Below are positions 1 through 10,923 of a DNA stretch of 64,000 nucleotides, one piece after another. How positions within the stretch are numbered: position 1 is the stretch's first letter; each line of letters starts with the position of its first letter. This DNA is from Callorhinchus milii (Eukaryota), in assembly GCF_018977255.1 (NCBI RefSeq), contig NW_024704743.1, forward strand, positions 95,792,001 through 95,856,000, written 5' to 3'. The translations under genes were made by a program, and so were the position numbers. The notes below the pieces were generated by a model, which was given only the letters and a program-made list of their open reading frames with translations, was not told the origin of the DNA and ran no database searches.

Positions 1-774
1 ATACCTTACGTTTTAAATCAGTGGAAATACAGAGAAAACATGTCTGTTTTATTTTATGGTCTTAAACGGACACGTTGATAATAAAGAAACAGAAGTCACA
101 GTTTCAGGATACTATTTTTCCTGTCAACTCCATATATTGAAAAAAAAACACGCTGGTAACGTGGTAACAAAATGACTAACTACTTAAATTCTGACATACT
201 TTAATAGTTTAGAAATTGTGCGTAATTCAGATTGATAAAGTGCCATGGTGAAAGGTGTCAGCCTCTTCCAGAGCCACCTGACTGGCAGTTAAAACGGAAA
301 CATATTACAACTTGAGTCTTGCTCAGAGTGAGTGGGTTGAGACATGTTTCTGTGTTCTGACATCTAGCCCAGTGGGACGATTAATGTAGTCAACAACCTA
401 CTACATGGCAGGCAAAGTGGAAACTGGTGACCTGACCTTGGGAACAAGCCAGAAGCTTGTTCCGACAAAATTTAGCTGCTGGGGTACTTGAGAATAATAG
501 GATCTTTTTATTAGTTTACTGGTTAATGGTGGTTTTGTTCTCTACGTTGGTCAGGCCCAATTATAAACCATCCATCTGCAATCAATAACTTACATAAGAG
601 TAAACATACACAACAGTTTACTGCTTGCTTCCTCTATGCTTCCATTTGTCGTGAATGTTTCAAACATGTCAAATATCATGGTTTGATTATTTTTAAAATT
701 TTCATTTATGTCATTTTTTAATTTTTAATAATTTTTGTGTGTCTTAATATTTTTCTGCCCATTGACACACACCT

Positions 775-1030
775 CTCTGCCCCTGGTCTGGCCTCCTCTT
801 ACTGGGGTAGCCCTCTGGCATGTTGCCCAAGTGGCTATTGTTCATGTGTGAGCCTCTGGCAGTGAGTCTCGGCAAGTCACTCGACGGTAGAGGGCGTCAC
901 AGCCAAGCCGGACCTCACCCCACCTGGCTATCATTCTTCAGCTCCATGTAAATCTGCTGAGACTAGCAAACCCAACGGATTCAACCAGTAATCCCCTGGT
1001 CCACAAGTTTCAATTCTATCCACTACACCA
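775..1030 (-). mobile_element. Ancient tRNA-derived SINE remnant (AmnSINE2-like)
   Basis: Minus strand reads ggcttggctgtgacgccctc..actcactgcc.aggctcacacatgaacaatagccacttgggc, which resembles an ancient vertebrate SINE body from memory. The family name is unverified. Confidence 0.5.
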
Positions 1031-1276
1031 CAATCATTATTTTCCTGTCCCTTTCCCCACTTCCCTCCCCCTACCCTATTGACCCTGTAGAAAATCTCCA
1101 GCCAAAATATCTGAATGAATTTCTGCTCCCTCCTAAGATCAGAAATGTGGATTCCTGCACTTTGCCCTTGAATACCTTCCTAAATCAATGTTGTTAATTA
1201 ACTGCCATTCCCTTTCCATTGTGCTGTGCTCTATGGTGAAACCTCAACAACTTTCATTAATGTAGCATCTTTCTCA

Positions 1277-2050
1277 CTAGAGGAACATAATGAAGAGCTT
1301 CACGATGACTGAGCAGCAAGGGAAGGAGCAGGAAGATTGAGAGTGCTCATCAAACACACGGTCAAAGACACAAGTTTCTAAAAAGCCTTTGAAGGCATGG
1401 AGAGAAGTCACAAAGTGAAAGAATTTAAGGAAAGAATTCCAGAGGCGTTTGGCCACTGATGACGTGACAGATGAAATGTTGTTATATATAAGTAATATAA
1501 CAGAGTTGAAAGAGCAAAAGGTACAGACAGGAGCATGTGGCAGGTGGAGATTGCAGAGGTATGGTAGAGCTACATTGTGAAGAGGTGTGATGCCTAGTAT
1601 GAAGATCTCGAAGTGTCCTGAGGAATACTGGAAGCAAATAGAGCCCAACGAGGATGGGGGTAATGGTGTACTGAGCCCGGGACAGGAGAGGATACAGGCT
1701 GCAGAGTATTTTATGAGTTGGAGATTATAAAAGGTGGGTGGAGCTAGGGAGGACAGTAAGGAGAACACCGGAGAAATGTAGTCTCAAAGTGACAAAAGTA
1801 TGGATGATTGTATTGATTGTATTAGCGATGAGATAGGAACATAAACAGCTGAATTCAAACTCAAATCATACCCAAAGCTGCACCTCCTATTGTAGCCGTG
1901 CTGGTGCTTGACTCTGGTTGTGAGGATGGTGAAGGTGCTCGCACTGGTGTTTGCTTTGGAAAAAGAATACCTGTGGCCCCATTTGATGTGCTTGGGCTCT
2001 GTCGCCTCTCCTCTCTCCAGCTTTGAGTTTCCCTCAGGCTCTGACAAGTC
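1277..2050 (-). mobile_element. Old, decayed L2 LINE 3' region
   Basis: Remnant motifs LQLIKYSAACILS, LWNSF and FKGFLET.VF are shared with younger L2 copies in the window. Confidence 0.7.
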
Positions 2051-2769
2051 TGAACATATGTATTTGATTACAATTATTTTTTACACATTGATTGTTTTGT
2101 AGCAGCAAGATTTCAGCAAAACTGGTACAGGAAATCTGTTGTAATTGTCCATCTTTACACATAGAAATATTCTTAGTGTGACCCCAGGATCACAACTAAC
2201 AAGAACGTGGATGAATCCCAGTGTCTCATGATCAAAAATCTGCATTACTATGCTCTTAATGCTTAATATCAGGAGATCCCGTATTGTCAACAACAACAAC
2301 TACTTCATTCAACAGTATTGACAAGGTCTGATGCCTTCTCTCAGGCACTTTTTGTGTCTGCATTTACAATTATCATCTTTTCTGGGTCTATGCCACCTTT
2401 GCCATTTGACCATACCATTTCAATATCAGTTAGGGTGGTGATTGCATTCTACGTAACCTAAGCTTTTGTTTGGGCTGTGTTGCAGTGTTATCATCTCCCC
2501 ATTGCTGTACTTGACCTCTTCTACCATTTAAATGCCACTTCAGCTTGTTTACATGGCATTTAAGAGCAGTTTACCACACATGTTTCATTTGCTGATGAGC
2601 TAATGATTTGTTAACTTAAAGGCCACTCAAAGCACTTCATTCAAAGTTAAGACTGAATTCAGCAAAATTTGCCAAATTCTGTACAGTCTGAAATGCAACA
2701 TAATAATAATCCTTGCACTTGATATAGCATCTTTCACACTGGGAGGATGACTCAAAACACTTCATAGTG

Positions 2770-3100
2770 TAACGTGTAGTGACTATGTATTTTTAATTCT
2801 GATCTGCTCTTATGAGATCTAGACCAACGTGGAATTTCTCCCCGAAATGTTTTGAATATATTAAGGCAGCAGGACAAGGTTCAAGGTTATGAAGCGAAAT
2901 TTTAGGACGGACACCAAGAAGCATTTCTTTAAACTTAGGAGTTGTCAGTAGGATCGGACAGATTACCAAAGGGCTAGTGAAGGCCAGAATTCTGGATTCA
3001 TTTAAGAACCAGCTTAATGTGGAAAGAAGAAGGTCGTGCTGCTATTCTACAAGGTTGAGGTCAAATGAGCCAAAGGTCCTTCTTCCAAATCCCTCTTGTG
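2770..3100 (+). mobile_element. Old CR1 LINE 3' end
   Basis: Degenerate K..F.TD..KHFF and ttcatttaagaaccagct motifs similar to other CR1 ends here. Confidence 0.6.
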
Positions 3101-3562
3101 ATTATTGAGAGACTTTAAAATGCATAGCACTGAACAGAAGTCCTCACCCTCAGCCTTTGAGAGATTTCATAGGATGGACTTCACCATTAAGGAGTCATTA
3201 AAACCAGCAAAGACCATGCAGCATTGATTCTCATGGGTGCTGAGATTAACAACCCCAAAATATGCACAAGCAGTATCCGTTCCAACCATTCCAACAACTG
3301 CCTACTCACAAAATTATTATCACTACTTCCTGAACTCAATAAAAAAGAAAACATTGGCCTGCCTTCAACATAGATTTTCTTTTGCAACATAAATGACTAT
3401 TATTGAAAACAAAGACATTTATTGCCTGTTTATGTAAGATCACATGTGCCGTGTTTCCATGGATCTTTCTGCTTCGAAAACAAATGTCTCTGTATAATGA
3501 GTCAGTGTTACTTGTAAATCATTTCAGTTTGTGTGATTTCATTCCTTCTTTCTAATAGGTCT

Positions 3563-3959
3563 CAGCATGGCTCAGTTGGAAGCCCTCCCATCCTGAGGCA
3601 GAAAGTCGTGGGTTCAGGCTCCGATCAGGACTGAGAGTGCAGAGTCAAGGCTGACACTCCAATGTAGTCCTGGGGAAACACTGTAATAATGGAGGTGCCA
3701 TCCTTCTGATGAGATGTAAATCTGACATCTCGTTGGCTTATTCAGCTGAATATTGCAAGATTGTCTAGGATGAAAAAAGTGCTTGAGTGCATTTGATCTC
3801 ATGGATGTTAAAGATTCTGTTGCACTTTTTGAGCAGTTTCTCCCAATGGTCTGCCAAACAATCCTTCCAATAAAAAAATCACATTGTGATTATTTGTGGG
3901 ATATTGCCATACATAAAGTGGCTGCTGTGTTAGCCGCAAATACACAAGCATTGCAATTG
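3563..3959 (+). mobile_element. Deu-domain SINE (SacSINE1-like), 3' end lost at the adjacent L2
   Basis: A box tggctcagttgg, B box gggttcaggc, ggctgacactcc segment, Deu-like ttgtgggatattgcc..tggctgctgtgtt. Confidence 0.75.
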
Positions 3960-5310
3960 CACCACCATCTTCTACCGCCCCTGGAAGAAGTTAACCCCAC
4001 AATCCCTAACCGCTGCCTTGGAGTCCTCTGAACTCCTCTCGCTCTGGCCTTCAACCCTCACTGACCCGTCTTCTCGTCTCACCCTCCTCCACAACACCCT
4101 CTCCTCCACACTCGATACTCTTGCCCCCATCACCTCCCGTACTGTCTCCTACTCTCGCTCCTCCCCCTGGTTCACCACCCACCTCCGCTCACTGAAGAGC
4201 CAGGTGTGGGCCGCTGAACGCACCTGCGTCAAATCTGGCCTAACGGTCCACCGACAAATCTGGCTGGACCTCCTCAAAATCTACCGCTCCACTCTAGCCT
4301 CGGCCAAGTCATCCTTCTACTCCAGGATAACCCTGGAGGCGAAGAACAACCCCAGGCTACTGTCTTCTACCACATCCCGACTCCTCCGTCCCCCCCGCCA
4401 CCCCGCGCAGGTCATCTCCTCCAACCTTCACTGCGAGGAAATGCTGGATTTCCTTGAATCCAAACTCAAGGGGATTCTCTCCGCGGTAACTTCCCCTTCA
4501 ACATCCATCCACCCACCCCCACCCCCTCCCTCCCACACTCCGACTCCTACCCATCCTCCCCTACACACTTTCGTACCCGTTTCCCCACCCTCTGTCACCA
4601 AACTCATCCTATCCCTGAAACCCACCACCTGCTCCCTTGACCCCATCCCCACTCCACTCCTTATCTCCCAGCTCCACCTTTTTGCCCGACATATCACAGA
4701 CATCATCAACCTGTACCTCTCCTCTGGCTCTGTTCCCATTCCCTTAAAAACTGCCACCATCACTCCCACCTTGAAAAAACCCTCCCTTGATGCGTCGCAG
4801 CTATCAAGCTACCGGCCCATCTCCAACCTCCCCTTCCTGTCCAAGGTCCTGGAACGAGTTGTCGCCTCCCAGCTGCGCTCTTTCCTCTCCAACCATTCAC
4901 TATTCGAACCCCTTCAGTCGGGTTTCCGTGCTGCCCATAGCACAGAAACTGCCCTGGTCAAGGTCACCAATGACATCCTGACCATCTGTGACCAGGGCTC
5001 CCTCTGCCTCCTCGTCCTCCTCGACCTATCGGCAGCATTCGATACGGTCGACCATGCTATCCTCCTCCACCGCTTGTCCTCCCACCTCAACCTTCAAGGC
5101 CCTGTCCTTGAGTGGTTTAGGTCATACCTCTCCCACCGTCTTCACTTTGTTTCCACGAATGGCTTTTCCTCCGGCCCCCGCACTGTCTCGTGCAGTGTCC
5201 CTCAGGGCCCTACCTACCTGCCCGTACCCTCCGTTCCTCTGGCTCCATTCTGCTCCACATCCCCCGCCCCAACTGCCCTACCATCGGTGGCCGGGCCTTC
5301 AGCCTCTCAG
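3960..5310 (+). mobile_element. L2 LINE ORF2 fragment (RT N-terminal half), internally deleted
   Basis: ORF 4018-5313 has [45 protein letters not shown] and VPQG, then jumps to 3'-region sequence at ~5207. Confidence 0.93.
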
Positions 5311-5943
5311 TAAGTAAGTCTTCCCAACCCACGAGTCCAATCCAGTGTGCATTGGGAGCACTGTTCCCAAGGGTTGGGTTTGACACACATCTCGTTACCA
5401 GAAAAATTCACTATTTATCTTTCCCAATATCCTGTTGCAAATTTTATTTTACATAGACATTTTTATTTTCGACAGAAGCCTACTTTTTCTACCCACTAAT
5501 TTTGTTCTCAACATTGAGGTGACAGATGTTAATGTTAGGAAAAGGAACACTTACCCATTTTAAGGCATTGTCGAACACTCCCAGGTTAAATGTAGAGTAA
5601 AGCTCCTTGTTTACTACCTAACAATATACCTTAATCCTAATCTCAAAAGATCACATAGATTCAGCGTGACATTTTCTATTTGCCACATACACGGAAGGAT
5701 AAATATTTACAGCACACAATACCATTCGGCCTATCATGTCTATGATGGCTCTTTTAAGAGCAATTCTTTCAGTCCCACTTACCTGTCCTTTCCCTAATAC
5801 CCGCACAGTTTACCCTTTTTCATATTTTCTAGTTACCTTTGAAAGCTAATATGGATTCTATTCTCATCCAATGACTCTCTAAATGAAAGTACCTATTTAA
5901 TGCTGAATTAAGGGCAGTTTTTGCCTCTTGTATATTTCTATTA

Positions 5944-6564
5944 ACAACAACAAAATTACATTTGTATAGAGCATTTTACATTTGGAGGTCATTCCAAGTA
6001 GAATAGGTCAGTAATTTTGACCTGAGCTGGAGGTTGGCATCGGGGAGGATGGCGGGCAGGGCTGGGGGAGGAGGATGATCAAAGGTACGGTCAAAGAGAA
6101 GGATCTTCAGAAGTGTCTTGAAGGAGGCAAGGGAGGAGGCGAGGCGGAGGGACTGCAGGATGGAGTTCCAGAGGGTGGGAGCAGAGTGGCTGAAGGCCCG
6201 CCAGCCAATGGTGGGGTGGACAAGGCGGAGCCCGCTGAGCGGAGAGAGCAGACAGGTTCATAGATGGTTAGGGTGTCGCAGAGGTAGGGGGTAGCAAGGC
6301 TATCGAGGGCTTTAAAGGTAAGGACCAGGATGTTGAACTGTGTCCTCTGTGTGATAGGAAACCAGTGGAGTCAGGCGAGGATGGGGGTGATAGGATCACG
6401 GAGCCTGGTGCGGGAGAGGACACAGGCTGCAGAGTTTTGGATGATCTGCAGCCTAAGGAGGGAGAAGTTGATGAGGCTGACAAGCAGGGAGTTTGCATAG
6501 TCAAGCCTGGATGTTATGAATGTGTGTATGAGGGTCTCGGCGGCCTGCGGTGTGAGGCAGTGGT
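5944..6564 (-). mobile_element. L2 LINE 3' fragment
   Basis: (CAA)n tail at 5944; reverse complement matches L2 3' region of the other copies. Confidence 0.88.
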
Positions 6565-7724
6565 GGAACCGCCACTGCCCAAATGTATTTCAAATAGGAT
6601 CTTTGCAGGCAGTAGAAGGTTTTATTTCATTCAACCTGGATTGGGTTTAAGCCCACATCCCAGAAATGAAAGGACAGCTTTGGCCAAATATATCACACAG
6701 TCCAGATCATGTTAACGTAAATGTAATTACTGTAGCACTGGACAGCATTGGTTCTCTTTTCTCTTTGTATATAAGATGGCAAAACAACAGGACAAAACTG
6801 AAGTCAGCTCTTACAAGAACAAATTAAATCTGATGCCAGCAATTGCTGGGAGCACGACTTTCTGAAATAAATAGCTAAGTTATGGTTTACTGCATATCAA
6901 CTAAATCACCAACTAGTCAGAGGAATTGAACAAGGACCCCATTATGATGATTTATAATACAACACAATTTACATTTATCCAGTGCCTTTCACATCAGGAG
7001 GACGTCCCAAGATGCAGTCATAGTGCGAGATGATTTGAAATCACCTCCCAGTCTATTAATCCAATATCTTGTCAGAAATATTCCCCTTTTTGTGGAATAT
7101 ATATATTCTTTGAGCATACAAGTATAGGAATAATTTATTTCACCATTAACTATGATATTTTGGTGTGGAATGTACAATATAAGAATATAAAAAGGGACCG
7201 CACAAGAAAAGTTATTTGATCTATCAAGTCTGCTATGTCCACGGACTCTGGAAATGCAAACTGATCATAGGATTTAGTCACGTTATCTCTTCTATATTTA
7301 ATTCCTTAAACCTCGAGAAATTTGAGTAAAAACGTCTGAATATTCCTCCATTTCCATATCCCCATTATTCAAATGTATTTTGAATCCCTTATAGGCAACA
7401 TTCACCCCATCTTTTCAACCTCTTTCCGATGTGTCCTAAGGAGGATGTATTCATTGCAGTCCACATTTATCCATATCCCTATCCTCCAATACTAGCTTCT
7501 TATCTAGTTCTCTGTTCAAGAATCAACCACTTTTGTTGGGAGCAACTCTGTAGAGGAACAAATGCTTCATATCTCTGGGTATGGGGGAAAAGCAGCTCAA
7601 TGGGACTGAATGGATTGTTCTTTCAATGAGCCATCACAGACACAATGAGCGGATTAGCTTTCTGTGCTGTGAATATCTATGGTTCTCTGATTTCATATGA
7701 GGCATTTTAATTTTAATTTTAATT

Positions 7725-7820
7725 TTTGCAGTACTCCAAGGCACTGTTGATGAGACACCAGTCAGCCTGGCTCATCAGTAGGACTTGGAATGGAGGATGA
7801 GTCAGGTTCCTAGCTAACCA
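7725..7820 (+). mobile_element. Internal fragment of the unclassified LINE family (see 18860)
   Basis: Reverse complement aligns to 61880-61940 and 62165-62215 (gatgagccag.ctggct..catca..agtgcc). Confidence 0.6.
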
Positions 7821-8204
7821 AAACAATGATGAACCTGTGTTCAAGTTCTACTCTCATGGATTCACCAACAAAGATATAGATAAACCACTTTACATTATAT
7901 CCTGTGAAGTGCTTTGAGATGTCTCAACAACATGTTCTTGTCAAGTTTATGGCTAGACAGTCAATAATGGGTTAACATTTATGTTGATGGCTCTAGCTGC
8001 TGAGTAGCAGGTAAAAGATAATTGGATTTGAGATATATTATCCAGAGATAGAACAATCAGACTTTTTTAAATTTGTGTGGTTTTATAATGAACAAGATGC
8101 CCATTAACATCATATCCCATGGAAACTGGGTATGCAATTCCCTTACTGAATTTCTCTAAATATGGCAAGCAAGGGCTTTGTCTCGCCTGATGGCAAACCT
8201 ATTG

Positions 8205-8638
8205 CAAACGCCCTCCTCCCCGGTCTCCCCTCCTCCATTATTCACAAAATTCAACTCATCCAAAACTTCATGCCTGCATTCCCACTCCATACCCTGATTA
8301 CCCCAGTCCCATCTCTCCAACCTCCTCTCTCCTCACAGCACCACCCACTGCCTCCACTCTACTGGCTCTGGCCTCATCCTATTCCCTCGAATCCTCCGCT
8401 CCACCATAGGCGACCGTGCCTTCAGCCACTACGCCTTGAAGCTATGGAACTCCCTCCCTCAATTCCTTCACCTTGTTCTCTCTTTCCCTATTTTCAGGTT
8501 GCGCCTGAAGACCTTCCCCTTCAACTGTGCCTATGGTCACCTTTCCCCTCCCACTGGCTCAGCATCGGGCTGAGCGATCTGGGACGCTGTCTAGCTTGGA
8601 GGGCGCTATATAAATTTAAATGGTTGTTGTTGTTGTTG
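8205..8638 (+). mobile_element. L2 LINE 3' fragment with deletions
   Basis: NALLPGLPSSIIHKIQLIQN motif; ggagggcgctatataaat..(TTG)n tail. Confidence 0.85.
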
Positions 8639-10029
8639 CATACACAGAAATTGGAGAATAACATCCAGACCAACAGAGAAATTGGAACTTTGGAGATATA
8701 GAGTCCCAGCACACTTCAATGATAATTGTTCAGCTTGGGTTGGTAGCTCCTCAAAATCAAAAAGATACAGACAGACAGATCCACTAGATTTAAACCATCA
8801 CAGAATTCGATTCTTAGTCCTTTGATCTACATCAGCGTAATTCAATTGAACTGAGCAGATGCAAAATTAAACCAACTAAGAAAAAATTTCAATAATAATA
8901 AAAGTAATCGTTACGTTTGATACAGCACTTCATCATGTCATCAAAACATCTCAAAGCGCTTCACTGGATTTGCTGTAAAGCTTAGTGACAGTGTATTTAT
9001 AGGCAGCAAATACTTTCCAGAGAGTACTATGGTGAACCAGAGAAGCCACAGGACATAGAAACAACACTGCCACCATAAAATAACAGAACCACCAAATGTT
9101 GGCAGAACTTTGGGTCAAAGTTCTGAGGTAGATGAATAAATCTGAATCTGGTTAATGGAAAATTGATCTAAATTCATCAAACGCCTCAAATCCCTTCTCA
9201 ATGCCCTCAGAATGAAACTCTTACATTCTTTAATTGTTTCAATGTATAGAAAATCTAAATGTTTTTTACTGCAATATTTAGCATGTCTTGGTTACGTAGC
9301 CAACCTAATGCTGAGTAGCTCTATAACACAGAGCAGTTACACTACAGTTATAATTTATTATAATTGGCAAGAAGTATAGACATTTTGCATTTTATGAGTG
9401 TTTGAATTTAAAAGTTTTTTTCTGTTAATTATGTTTATTTACTGTATTTATTTTATTTCTTTTAAACAAGTGAATCTGGCATAAAAATGCTGACCATTGG
9501 CAGAGTATGCAAAAGTCAGCCCTTGCTAAGTCAGTGTTAAGAAGTCCAAACATGGTGTCGGTCTACCATTTCTGAGTGTGCACTCCATATATTCTACTGT
9601 AAACTTTCTGTGACTGATGAAGGCTTGTGAGACTTGCTCGTGCCCTTTTACATGCATTATCACCAATTTGATGGTTTGTGTGGACTGCTGTTTTGGAATA
9701 TGTATCCTAGATACTGCTGTACTCTGACCTCAGTCCTCTAAATAAAGTCAACTGACATTTACAGTAAGGCATAACAGACATAGAAATCAACAAAGAGAGT
9801 TTAACAATGATTTAGACAGGAACCGTCATGAGCAGTAAAAGACTCAAGGCAATAAAGTAGGGAAATTAATAAAAAGTAACAAACGCAAAGGAGATGGCTC
9901 ATATTTGAAGATCATCTTGTTTCTTTAAGGCATATTAAACTTTATTGGTCACATGTGTGTATATCCTAAGGTTCAAAAAAGATGTCAAGTTCTGATGTTT
10001 GTGAAGTTGTTTTAAGTTCTTACTTGCTT

Positions 10030-10617
10030 GCTTTATGTTCATCACATTCAGGCTCGACTACGCAAACTCCCTGCTTGTCAGCCTCCCCAACTCCTCCCTC
10101 CAGAGGCTGCAGATCATCCAAAATTCTGCACCAGTGTCCTCTACCTACCAAGCTCTGCGACCCCATCACCCCCATCGTCGCCTGACTCCACTGGCTTCCC
10201 ATCACACAGAGGATACAGTTCAACATCCTGGTCCTTACCTTTAAAGCCCTCCATAACCTTGCTCCTCTCTACCTCTGTGACCTCCTAACCACCTACCAAC
10301 TTGTCTGCTCCTCCGCTCAGCGGGCTCTGGCCTGCTTCATGTCCCCCTGTCTTGCCCGCCCCACCATTGGCAGGCGGGCCTTCAGCCACTCTGTCCCCAC
10401 CCTCTGGAACTCCATCCGCAGTCCCTCTGCCTTGCCCCCTCCCTTCAAGACCCTCCTCTTCGACCGTGCCTTCAGTCACCCTGCTACCCCTACCCTCCCC
10501 GCTCTCCACCCCTCCTGATCCCAACCACCAGCTCAGGTGTGGATCCCTGACAGTCCAGCACCTTGGGCATCCTCCTAATGTGAAAGGCGCGATACAAATG
10601 TAATTTATTGTTGTTTT
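10030..10617 (+). mobile_element. L2 LINE 3' fragment
   Basis: RLDYANSLLVSLPNSSLQRLQIIQNSA; tail gtgaaaggcgcgatacaaatgtaatttattgttg. Confidence 0.9.
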
Positions 10618-10896
10618 GTCTCAGTTCTTTTTACCTACATTCATTTTTTAATACTCATTGCTTTGTGAATCACTTTTCTTGTGTTTTCTTCAGGGTTTCC
10701 TGTAATATAGACCACCTGTAAGCAAGAGTAATGGTAACCTTATCTTAATGTTAAGGATGACGACCTAACTGACCATAGCCTACATGAGCCAGTTTCATCA
10801 AATGCTCATGTTTTCATGGTTTGGATACCAAGTTCTGGTATATTTGTCCTCTAAAAGTAATAGATATGGTTGCACAAAGGAGCCATGTCACATAAC

Positions 10897-10923
10897 TTAG
10901 GGTTAGGGTTAAGGTTAGGGTTA
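10897..10923 (+). repeat. Short interstitial telomeric repeat (TTAGGG x4.5, one variant unit)
   Basis: TTAGGG TTAGGG TTAAGG TTAGGG TTA flanked by the 14-bp direct repeat catgtcacataact. Confidence 0.85.

Noticed and set aside
441..463. Perfect 9-bp hairpin ggaacaagc-cagaa-gcttgttcc
   Set aside because: A stem of this size is expected by chance in 64 kb; no supporting context.
4018..5313. 431-aa ORF as a functional reverse transcriptase, retron or domesticated gene
   Set aside because: Typical L2 ORF2 fragment with no endonuclease domain, no YADD motif and a non-ATG start.
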